A DNA stretch of 18,752 nt from positions 1 to 18,752 of the forward strand of contig JADMKE010000003.1 in assembly GCA_018780035.1 (NCBI GenBank), written 5' to 3'. This stretch comes from Candidatus Sericytochromatia bacterium (GTDB taxonomy: Bacteria > Cyanobacteriota > Sericytochromatia > UBA7694). This document shows, piece after piece, positions 7,071 through 14,179 of this stretch. Below the pieces are notes generated by a model. It had not been told where the DNA came from and did not search any database. It worked only from the letters and a program-made list of their open reading frames with translations. A program made the position numbers and the translations under genes. Position 1 is the stretch's first letter. Each line of letters begins with the position of its first letter.

Positions 7071-8104
7071 GTACACACCCTTCGCATTATCTAATCACCG
7101 GCGCCACGGGCTTTCTCGGTCGCCATGTGATTGAACAATTGGCCGAACAGCAGTTGGCCTTTTTGCCGCTGGTGCGCGATCCACAAACCTGGAAAAAGCG
7201 CGATTGGGGCAAAAGTCTGCAGGCGGCTCAGGTCGTCACAGGGGGGTTAAACGACCTCTCTGCTTGGCAAGACAGCCTTCCGGCTTTGGATGGCATCTTT
7301 CACCTTGCCGCGCTTGTGCGCCACAGCCGCAGCGATGATTTGGCGCTAAAAGAGCTTTATGCCGCCAATGTGCAGGGCACGCTCAATATGGTCAAACTGG
7401 CAGCCTTAAAAAAATGCCGCTTGGTCTTTGTCTCGACCTCGGGCACGGTGGGTGTGTTTAACAGCAAACAGGAATGGGCCGATGAACATTCGCCTTTTTG
7501 TGAGACCATGATCAGCGATTGGCCCTATTACGATTCCAAATTGCAGGCCGAGCGCGAAGCGCGCAAACTGGCCCAGGAACTGGGCGTGGAGTTGGTGATT
7601 ATTCGCCCGCCGGTATTGCTCGGTCCGGGCGACCACCGCTTTCGTTCCACCGGCCATATTATTCGCTATCTGCGCAAACGCCTGCCTTTTCTCATTCGCG
7701 GGGGCATGCATTTTATCGACATCCGCGATGCGGCAGCCGCTTTGATTCGCGCCATGCAACACGACAGTCCCCAGCCGGTTTACCACCTCAGTGGTGTGGC
7801 CTGCAGCATCGACAGTTTTTTTCGCATGGTCGAAAAGGCGTCAGGGGTGGGGCCTGTGCCGCCCCAATTGCCCGCGCCACTGGCCCTGGCCATTGCCCGC
7901 ACGGCCAGCGGCCTGAGCAAGGTTGCTGGCCTGCACGAGAGCCCGCTGCCCGATCCGGTGGTTGTCGAAATGGCGGGCAAATACTGGGATGTGCGCTCGC
8001 GTTATGCGGCCCAAGACCTGGGTTTTCAGAACCGCTTTGGCCAAGACACGATCAACGACACCGTCGATTGGCTCAAATTACACCATCCTCAATTGCGATC
8101 CTGA
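7067..8104 (+). CDS. Extended short-chain dehydrogenase/reductase (NAD-dependent epimerase/dehydratase, 3beta-HSD-like fold). Candidate acyl/alkyl-DHAP reductase.
   Basis: ATG at 7067 overlaps the upstream TGA (ATGA). The NAD-binding motif is ITGATGFLGRHV and the catalytic pair is YYDSKLQAE. TGA at 8102-8104. Confidence 0.85.
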   Translation: MSTHPSHYLITGATGFLGRHVIEQLAEQQLAFLPLVRDPQTWKKRDWGKSLQAAQVVTGGLNDLSAWQDSLPALDGIFHLAALVRHSRSDDLALKELYAANVQGTLNMVKLAALKKCRLVFVSTSGTVGVFNSKQEWADEHSPFCETMISDWPYYDSKLQAEREARKLAQELGVELVIIRPPVLLGPGDHRFRSTGHIIRYLRKRLPFLIRGGMHFIDIRDAAAALIRAMQHDSPQPVYHLSGVACSIDSFFRMVEKASGVGPVPPQLPAPLALAIARTASGLSKVAGLHESPLPDPVVVEMAGKYWDVRSRYAAQDLGFQNRFGQDTINDTVDWLKLHHPQLRS

Positions 8105-9423
8105 ACCTGAATCCGGCAGCGTTTGACGCCCCGGCCCTCGATCTCACTGACCTGAATTTCAAAGTCGCCGTATTGGAGCCGGTCGCCGATTTGGGGGGCG
8201 TGGCCCAATAGCAGCAGCACCAGGCCTCCGATGGTCTCTACTTCTGGGTGTTCCAGCGCTTTTCCGAGAAATTCTTCCAGAGCGTGTAAACGCAGGTTTG
8301 CCGAGACCTCGATCTGAAATTCCCCTTGCACCTCGATCTCGGGTTTAACTGTGGTTTTGTTCTTGGGGGTGTCCAGAATTTGGGCACAGATATCTGTCAG
8401 GGTTAAAATCCCTGCGGTGCCGCCGTATTCATCCAAAACCCCAGCCATTTGCACATGGGCCTGTTGCAAAACCTGTAAGACGATTTCCAAGGGGGCCGAT
8501 GCAGACACAAAGGGCAGGCTGCGAATCACTTCAGGGTGTTTGTTCAGATCGTGCAGATGGGATTCCGGCGCGGTCTGCGTAAGCAAAATTAAGAGATCGC
8601 GCACATGTACAAATCCGACAATTTCGTCCAGGTTTTCGCCGTAGACCGGATAGCGGCTGTGAATCCGATCAGACAAAACCGCGCGGATTTTATCCGGGCT
8701 GGCATTTAAGGCCAGACCCTGGGTCTGAACCCGTGGGATCATAATATCTCGGGCTTTGAGGTCGCTAAAGGCCAACAGATCTTGCAAAATATCTGCGGTT
8801 TCTTCGCTGAGCAGGCCTGCGTTTTCGCTCTCTTCGACGATATAGTGGAAATCATCGAGGGTGGTCTGGTTCTCTGATTCAGGCGACCCTTCCAGTTTCA
8901 GCATTTTGAGTAAAAAATTCCCGATTTGATTGAGCAAATAGACCAGGGGAAACATCAGCCGTTTAAACAAGAACATCACGGGTGCCACCCGCAGAGCCGT
9001 TTGGCCAGCCCTTTGCAAGGCCAGGGTTTTGGGCACCATTTCGCCCAAGACAACATGGAAATACGTCAGCCCAGCAACGGCCAGAATACCTGCCACGCTG
9101 TGGCTGGCCAAGATCTGCAAAAACCCCACTTCGGCAAAGAAATGCAAGAGGCCTTCTGCCAAGACATATTCGCCATACATGCCAAGTCCCAGGCTGGCGA
9201 GGGTGATCCCCAATTGGGCCGTGGCGATATACGCATCTTGGGCCTGGGTGGAGGTTTTGGTCTCGATTAATTTTTGCAGAATCCCGCTCTGTTTTGCTGT
9301 TGCCAATTGCTGTAATTCCAGCGTTGAAGTCATCACAATGGCAAATTCGGCGGCCACAAACAAAGCGTTTAAAAACAACAAGAGCAGAATCAGAAAGGCC
9401 GGTAAAAGCACGGTTTCAAACAT
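8089..9423 (-). CDS. CNNM/HlyC/CorC-family membrane protein (DUF21 TM domain, CBS pair, CorC_HlyC C-terminal domain). Putative Mg2+/Co2+ efflux or hemolysin-family protein; copy 1.
   Basis: The N-terminal TM region is MFETVLLPAFLILLLLFLNALFVAAEFA. CBS-pair and CorC_HlyC signatures are present (ARDIMIPRV..., VLDEYGGTAGILTLTDI...). Its 3' end overlaps the SDR gene 3' end by 16 bp, convergently. Confidence 0.9.
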   Translation of the reverse strand: MFETVLLPAFLILLLLFLNALFVAAEFAIVMTSTLELQQLATAKQSGILQKLIETKTSTQAQDAYIATAQLGITLASLGLGMYGEYVLAEGLLHFFAEVGFLQILASHSVAGILAVAGLTYFHVVLGEMVPKTLALQRAGQTALRVAPVMFLFKRLMFPLVYLLNQIGNFLLKMLKLEGSPESENQTTLDDFHYIVEESENAGLLSEETADILQDLLAFSDLKARDIMIPRVQTQGLALNASPDKIRAVLSDRIHSRYPVYGENLDEIVGFVHVRDLLILLTQTAPESHLHDLNKHPEVIRSLPFVSASAPLEIVLQVLQQAHVQMAGVLDEYGGTAGILTLTDICAQILDTPKNKTTVKPEIEVQGEFQIEVSANLRLHALEEFLGKALEHPEVETIGGLVLLLLGHAPQIGDRLQYGDFEIQVSEIEGRGVKRCRIQVQDRN

Positions 9424-10738
9424 CGCTTTGGCCCTCTGCTGGATGGGGGGTATAGAGCACGGTTAAGATAATGGGGCCAGCCATTGCTTCGATTTGTATT
9501 TCTCCATGGGTATCCGACCAACGATCCCCTGGCGTGGGCAGGGTTGGGAATTGTTCGATTAAAAATCCGCTGACTGTTGTGGTGTGCTCTGAAATCCAGC
9601 GAATGCCGATCTGATCTTTGAGTCCTTCGAGACGCATGCGGCCTGGAATTTGGTAGCGACCCGCTCCCAAAGGGATGCAGAGGCTGCGCAGGGGTTTAAA
9701 TTCGTCGTTTAAATTGCCAGTTAATTCCCCCAGGATATCTTGCAGCGTCAAGAGGCCTGATACCCCCCCGTGTTCGTCGACCACCAGGGCCATCGATGCT
9801 TTGTGCTCTCGCAATTTGAGCAGGGCTCTTTCGACTGTGAGATCGCGGGGAATGGCCAATATGGGCTCCAAGAGCGGCTCTATTTCTGTAATCTGGCCCT
9901 GGCGGGCAAAGATTTGTACACAGTGTTTGACCGAAATGCTGCCGATTACCTGCTCGGGGGATTCACGCCAGACCGGCAGACGGGCAAAGGGAATTTCATG
10001 CATCCAGTCCAACATTTGTGCTGGGCTGAGCTTGAGATCCAGCATTTGGATTTCTTGGCGGGGTACCATTAGCTCGCGCACTGTGCGTTTGCCCAAATGC
10101 AGGGCTTTGCGCAGACGGCGAGAAATGCCTTTATCGAGCACACCCACTTTTTGGCTTTCGCGCAAGAGATAGTCGATTTCGGCAGGGGAATGGATGTGTT
10201 GATGGCTCTCTTGGCTCAGGCCGATCCGCCGACAAATAAAATGGCCGCTGCCATTGAGGACAGCCAAGGGCAGAGCCAAGAGCCAGAGTGAAATGCGCAT
10301 CGGCCAAACGGTATACAGCGCAAGCGGGGTCGGATAGCGCAGCGCCAGAGATTTGGGTAAAATTTCACCCAGGATCATCTGCAAAGCTGTCAAAACCAAT
10401 AAGACAAAACTGGCTGCGCCATATTCGGCAATTTGTGCAGGTAAAAAGCCCTTGAGCCAAGGAGCCAGGGCCTTTTGGCCGTAGGCCCCCAGAATCAAGC
10501 TGGAAAGGGTAATCCCCACCTGGCAGGCGGCAATATATTGGTCAAAACGCTGGGGGCTTTGCAAAATGTTGAGAAAGTGTTTTGCCAAAGGATGGCCCTC
10601 TTCAGCCAGGGCCTGGATCCGGGGCTGACGCACACTGACGGAGGCAAATTCAGCGGCCACAAAGAGGGCGTTGACCCCGATCAGCAATAACAGAACCAGC
10701 AGGACGATCAAGACATGATTTCTTTGGCCATTTGCCAT
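9416..10738 (-). CDS. CNNM/HlyC/CorC-family membrane protein (DUF21, CBS pair, CorC_HlyC); tandem paralog, copy 2.
   Basis: The N-terminus is MANGQRNHVLIVLLVLLLLIGVNALFVAAEFA. CBS and CorC signatures are VRELMVPRQEI... and VVDEHGGVSGLLTLQDI.... The stop overlaps the copy-1 start by 8 nt, and the 5' end overlaps the GNAT 3' end by 31 nt. Confidence 0.9.
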   Translation of the reverse strand: MANGQRNHVLIVLLVLLLLIGVNALFVAAEFASVSVRQPRIQALAEEGHPLAKHFLNILQSPQRFDQYIAACQVGITLSSLILGAYGQKALAPWLKGFLPAQIAEYGAASFVLLVLTALQMILGEILPKSLALRYPTPLALYTVWPMRISLWLLALPLAVLNGSGHFICRRIGLSQESHQHIHSPAEIDYLLRESQKVGVLDKGISRRLRKALHLGKRTVRELMVPRQEIQMLDLKLSPAQMLDWMHEIPFARLPVWRESPEQVIGSISVKHCVQIFARQGQITEIEPLLEPILAIPRDLTVERALLKLREHKASMALVVDEHGGVSGLLTLQDILGELTGNLNDEFKPLRSLCIPLGAGRYQIPGRMRLEGLKDQIGIRWISEHTTTVSGFLIEQFPTLPTPGDRWSDTHGEIQIEAMAGPIILTVLYTPHPAEGQSDV

Positions 10739-11235
10739 TCATCGAGATATTCACCGTCTACCCACAGCGCTTTGGGCTCGTTGCCATATTGAACAAAGCC
10801 CAGACGTTGGTACAGGCGAATGGCGGCGGTGTTGTAGGCCCCGACGCCGAGTTTAACGATCTGAATGCCGTGGACTTTGCCCCACTCAAGGCAGGCGGTG
10901 ATCAGTTTTTCGGCCAGACCCTGTCCTTGGTAAGCGGCTTTGACATAAATGCCAACCAAGAGGGCATTGTGGCGCTCTTTGGGTGATTCACCCCGTACCA
11001 GCCCAGCCGTGCCCACGAGACCTTCGGGGGTCTCTGCCAGATAGATGATTTGATTGGGGCTGTTGCAAGCGGATGAGACGCGCTGGGTCCAAAAATCCAT
11101 CGGACGGGTAACTTGATCTGCGTAATCGGAACTAAAAGCTTTGGGGTACAATTTCAGGCCTTCCAGACGCAGGTGTCGATAGGCTTCAGCATCGTCTGAT
11201 TGAATGGCGCGAAGGTGGATGGGGCTTTCTGACAT
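10708..11235 (-). CDS. GNAT-family N-acetyltransferase, 175 aa.
   Basis: The acetyl-CoA motif A is VKAAYQGQGLAEKLI and the N-terminal region reads IHLRAIQSDDAEAY. A strong SD (GAAAGAGGAAAT) sits directly upstream of ATG 11233-11235. The longer ORF-track start at 11349 would overlap the upstream gene and lacks an SD. Confidence 0.85.
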   Translation of the reverse strand: MSESPIHLRAIQSDDAEAYRHLRLEGLKLYPKAFSSDYADQVTRPMDFWTQRVSSACNSPNQIIYLAETPEGLVGTAGLVRGESPKERHNALLVGIYVKAAYQGQGLAEKLITACLEWGKVHGIQIVKLGVGAYNTAAIRLYQRLGFVQYGNEPKALWVDGEYLDEWQMAKEIMS

Positions 11236-11257
11236 ATTTCCTCTTTCGAGCATGGGG

Positions 11258-11650
11258 CTAGGGCATTGCGAGATTGGGGGGTTCGATTGGGCTGGCACTC
11301 GCTGGCTTTTCAACAGGACCTGCGCTTTGAGGCTCATTGTTGGGGCCATTTTGCGGCTTTTTTTTGTTTTTTGACTTCGCCTGTTTGTTGGGTTCTTTCT
11401 GCTGATGCGCTTTTGGCTCGGTTTTGTTTTTTCGGGCTGCTTGGATCTCGGCCGAAGAGGTTTCAGCCACCCGCCAAAAAGGATCGTCTAAGGTCACTTT
11501 GCTTTTGGGCAGGTCCAATTGCAGCGCTTTGGCGCCAGCCAGGATGATGCGGGCCGCGGCTTCTTGAATTTTAACATCGTAGTTGATCGCCACATGTCGA
11601 ATCAGCCTGTGAATTTCTGGTGAAACAGGAATCGTTTTGCTGGTGGTCAT
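11258..11650 (-). CDS. Small ribbon-helix-helix (CopG/Arc/omega-like) DNA-binding protein with a roughly 55-aa K/P/N/Q-rich disordered C-terminal tail, 130 aa.
   Basis: N-terminal KTIPVSPEIHRLIRHVAINYDVKIQEAAARIILAGAKA fits the beta-strand, helix, helix pattern of RHH. The tail is KNKTEPKAHQQKEPNKQAKSKNKKKPQNGPNNEPQSAGPVEKP. GGGGG SD lies about 9 nt upstream of ATG 11648-11650. TAG at 11258-11260 lies 22 nt before the GNAT start. Confidence 0.55.
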   Translation of the reverse strand: MTTSKTIPVSPEIHRLIRHVAINYDVKIQEAAARIILAGAKALQLDLPKSKVTLDDPFWRVAETSSAEIQAARKNKTEPKAHQQKEPNKQAKSKNKKKPQNGPNNEPQSAGPVEKPASASPIEPPNLAMP

Positions 11651-11662
11651 ACTTCAGCCCCC

Positions 11663-11710
11663 TTATATTTTTATAGCATTATAGCTTTATATTCTTATAA
11701 AATTATAAAA
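11663..11710. repeat. Iteron-like array of six tandem 8-bp units TTATAnnn, a candidate operator for the RHH protein. It overlaps the promoter of the RHH-GNAT(-CorC) transcription unit.
   Basis: TTATA begins at 11663, 11671, 11679, 11687, 11695 and 11703. The units are TTATAttt, TTATAgca, TTATAgct, TTATAttc, TTATAaaa, TTATAaaa. The same 143-bp intergenic region also has TTGCGATT x2 (11721-11728, 11749-11756) and the palindrome AAGTGCACTT (11778-11787). Confidence 0.6.
11678..11707 (-). promoter_or_regulatory. Candidate sigma70 promoter for the RHH gene on the minus strand: -10 TATAAT, 17-bp spacer, -35 TTATAA.
   Basis: The minus strand reads ...tttTTATAAgaatataaagcTATAATgctat.... The TATAAT is the reverse complement of 11678-11683, about 28 nt upstream of the ATG. 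The promoter is embedded in the TTATA array. Confidence 0.35.
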
Positions 11711-11793
11711 TAATCATCGATTGCGATTCAAGCCAGAACAGAGTTATTTTGCGATTGTCTTGGTTTTTGGTTAGCGAAAGTGCACTTGAGAGA

Positions 11794-12846
11794 CTAACAA
11801 ATCCGGGGCAATTGTTCTCCGCTGAGCAAATCCAGTAACCGTGTCGTGCCGTACGGATTGTGTAAGATCACACGGGGGGCACCTGTTTGAACCACGCCAA
11901 TTTGGGCGGCGTTCCTGCCCAAGGGATGGCTGCGCAGACACGCCAAAGCCGCTTCTGCTTGAGCTTGGGGCAAAAAGATCAGCATTTTGCCTTCATTGGC
12001 CACATAAAGCGGGTCAAATCCCAGAATTTCACAGGCGCTTGCCACAGCCGGGTCAATCGGAATCTGAGCGGCTTTGAGCTCAATTTGCAGCTCTGCTTGG
12101 GCTGCGATTTCGTTCAGCACACTGGCCACGCCGCCCCGTGTGGGATCGCGCAGGCAGTGTAATTCAAAACCTGCAGTTAAAAGTTCACTGACCAATTCAT
12201 GGAGGGGAGCACAATCACTTTTAATCGGACCTTCAAAGGCCAGACCTTCCCGTTCAGCCATCACGGCCATGCCGTGGGCCCCAATTTCCCCGTTGATCAA
12301 AATGGCGTCACCGACTTTGACCTGTTGGGGCCCAATTTCAAGTGCTGTCTCGATCAGGCCAATGCCAGCGGTGTGAATAAACAGGCCATCGCCTTTGCCT
12401 TTTTCGACCACCTTGGTATCCCCTGTGACCAACAAGACGCCACAGCGCTTGGCTGCTTCAGCCATGCTGGCCACCACCCGCTGCAAAACGGCCATTTCAA
12501 GCCCCTCTTCCAGAATCAGGCCGACACTTAAATAAAGCGGTTTGGCCCCACACATGGCCAGATCGTTGACCGTGCCAAAGACCGCCATTGAACCAATATC
12601 TCCACCTGCAAAAAACAGGGGATGGACCACATAGGAATCACAGCTAAAGGCCAGCACCTGATTGCCCAGCACCAAACGGGCGCCATCGTGTGCGGCGGCC
12701 AAAAAAGGGTTGGCAAAAGCGGGGAAAAGGGTGTCCTGCAACAGGTTTTGCATCAGCCGCCCGCCGCCGCCATGGGCCAGCAGGACGCGTTCGGGCTGCT
12801 CAAAAGGCAGGGGGCAATTCAGTTCAAATGCGGGGGGGTCTGTCAT
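11794..12846 (-). CDS. hypE: [NiFe]-hydrogenase maturation protein HypE (AIR-synthase-related carbamoyl dehydratase).
   Basis: ATG 12844-12846 overlaps the hypD TGA (ATGA). N-terminus is [33 protein letters not shown]. The C-terminus ends ...PRIC, the conserved C-terminal Cys. The ORF-track 5' extension to 12999 is rejected. Confidence 0.92.
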   Translation of the reverse strand: MTDPPAFELNCPLPFEQPERVLLAHGGGGRLMQNLLQDTLFPAFANPFLAAAHDGARLVLGNQVLAFSCDSYVVHPLFFAGGDIGSMAVFGTVNDLAMCGAKPLYLSVGLILEEGLEMAVLQRVVASMAEAAKRCGVLLVTGDTKVVEKGKGDGLFIHTAGIGLIETALEIGPQQVKVGDAILINGEIGAHGMAVMAEREGLAFEGPIKSDCAPLHELVSELLTAGFELHCLRDPTRGGVASVLNEIAAQAELQIELKAAQIPIDPAVASACEILGFDPLYVANEGKMLIFLPQAQAEAALACLRSHPLGRNAAQIGVVQTGAPRVILHNPYGTTRLLDLLSGEQLPRIC

Positions 12847-13934
12847 GGCGTGACTCTCCTGTATTGGTAATAGGCGGCACAGGCCCCTTCCGTCGAGACC
12901 ATGGTTGCTCCAAGTGGGCGTTCTGGGGTACAGCGGGTGCCAAAAGCCGGGCATTCCAAGGGCTTTTTTAGGCCGCTTAAAATTTCGCCGCTGAGGCACT
13001 CTGCGGGTTCAAGCACTTGCAACTCTTCCAAACCAAAGCGCAGGGTGGCGTCAAAGTGGCGATAGTTGCGATTCAAACTGAGTCCACTGTCAGGCAATTC
13101 ACCCAGTCCCCGCCATTTGCGGGGCACCACCTCAAAAACCTGTTTAAGCATGGCTTGGGCCTGTAAATTGCCCTCTGATTTCACCACCCGGTCGTAGGCA
13201 TTGGCGACGCTGTGTTGGCCGTTTTCGAGTTGCTCCAAACAGACCCAGACGCCTTTGAGCAGATCGACAGGCTCAAAACCAGTGACCACAATCGGGACTC
13301 GGTATTTCTCTGCCAGCGGGCCGTAGGCCTGCAGACCCATCACTGTGCAAACATGGCCAGCGGCCAAAAATCCCTGCACCTGGCAATTGGGCGCACTCAA
13401 CAGGGCTTCCAAAGCGGGGGGCACAAGCACATGAGAAACCAAGAGCGAAAAATTGGTCAGGCCTTCGCGCTCCGCTTGATACACCGCCATGGCATTGGCC
13501 GGGGCGGTGGTTTCAAAGCCCACGGCAAAAAACACCACTTCGCGCTGGGGGTTGTTGCGGGCCAAAGCCAGGGCATCCAGCGGGGAATAAACCATGCGAA
13601 TATCTGCCCCTTGGGCTTTGAGGCTGCGCAGATCCTGCCTGCTGCCGGGCACCCGCAGCATATCCCCAAAGGTGCAAAATAGGACCCCAGCTTGGGCTGC
13701 GATCTGATGTGCCCGATCGAGCATTTCCAGCGGCGTCACACAGACCGGGCAGCCAGGCCCGTGTAACAATTCAACCCCTGGGGGCAGCAGTTGATCGAGT
13801 CCATATTTGACGATTGCATGGGTCTGCCCACCACAGACCTCCATCAAGGTCCAGGGGCGGGTCACCGTTTTGGCGATCTGTTCAGCCAAGGCCCGAACCC
13901 CAGCCGGATCGCGGTATTCGTCTAAATATTTCAT
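12843..13934 (-). CDS. hypD: [NiFe]-hydrogenase maturation factor HypD.
   Basis: Signature motifs [13 protein letters not shown] and FETT are present. ATG 13932-13934 overlaps the hypC stop (ATGA). Confidence 0.95.
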   Translation of the reverse strand: MKYLDEYRDPAGVRALAEQIAKTVTRPWTLMEVCGGQTHAIVKYGLDQLLPPGVELLHGPGCPVCVTPLEMLDRAHQIAAQAGVLFCTFGDMLRVPGSRQDLRSLKAQGADIRMVYSPLDALALARNNPQREVVFFAVGFETTAPANAMAVYQAEREGLTNFSLLVSHVLVPPALEALLSAPNCQVQGFLAAGHVCTVMGLQAYGPLAEKYRVPIVVTGFEPVDLLKGVWVCLEQLENGQHSVANAYDRVVKSEGNLQAQAMLKQVFEVVPRKWRGLGELPDSGLSLNRNYRHFDATLRFGLEELQVLEPAECLSGEILSGLKKPLECPAFGTRCTPERPLGATMVSTEGACAAYYQYRRVTP

Positions 13935-14179
13935 GGCTTCAGCTCTTTTTCAATTTGGATCAGGGTCTGCAAATCCGCCAAGACCTTTTCCGCTGCTTCG
14001 GGGTCCAAAAGCGAAAGCGCAAAACCCACATGCACAAGCACATAGTCCCCCACTTGGGCCTCGGGCACATAGGCCAAACTGATCTCTTTGATGATTCCGC
14101 CAAAACTCACTTTGGCCGGGAGCAGCAGGTCATCGGGGTCGATGATTGCGATAATTTCACCGGGCAGGGCTAAACACAT
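13931..14179 (-). CDS. hypC: Hydrogenase assembly chaperone HypC/HupF, 82 aa.
   Basis: The start [10 protein letters not shown] is the HypC MCL(A/G)IP signature. ATG at 14177-14179 lies 4 nt after the hypF stop. Confidence 0.9.
   Translation of the reverse strand: MCLALPGEIIAIIDPDDLLLPAKVSFGGIIKEISLAYVPEAQVGDYVLVHVGFALSLLDPEAAEKVLADLQTLIQIEKELKP

Noticed and set aside
7519-8211. 230-aa + strand ORF and other Arg/Pro/Gly-rich ORFs (7841..8044, 9675..10172, 13212..13682, 14218..14697, 14754..15212, 16794..17456)
   Set aside because: All are in alternative frames or antisense to confidently assigned genes, have low-complexity composition and no domain signatures.
11279-11295. GGTTCGATTGGG resembling a tRNA T-loop (GGTTCGAAT)
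   Set aside because: There is no complementary T-stem, acceptor stem or anticodon arm. It lies inside the RHH-protein CDS, so it is not a tRNA.
11236-11349. Longer N-terminal version of the GNAT (start at 11349)
   Set aside because: It would overlap the RHH gene by 92 nt and lacks an SD. The internal ATG 11235 has a perfect GAAAGAGGAAAT SD and gives a canonical 175-aa GNAT.
11778-11787. 10-bp perfect palindrome AAGTGCACTT just after the hypE stop, considered as a terminator
   Set aside because: A loop-less palindrome with no U-tract is not an intrinsic terminator. About 18 such 10-bp palindromes are expected by chance in this window. It is kept only as a possible protein-binding site within finding 5.
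12847-12999. Longer HypE ORF start ([12 protein letters not shown]...)
   Set aside because: HypE homology begins at MTDPPAFE...LAHGGGG. The ATG at 12846 forms an ATGA overlap with the hypD stop, and the extension lies inside the hypD coding sequence.
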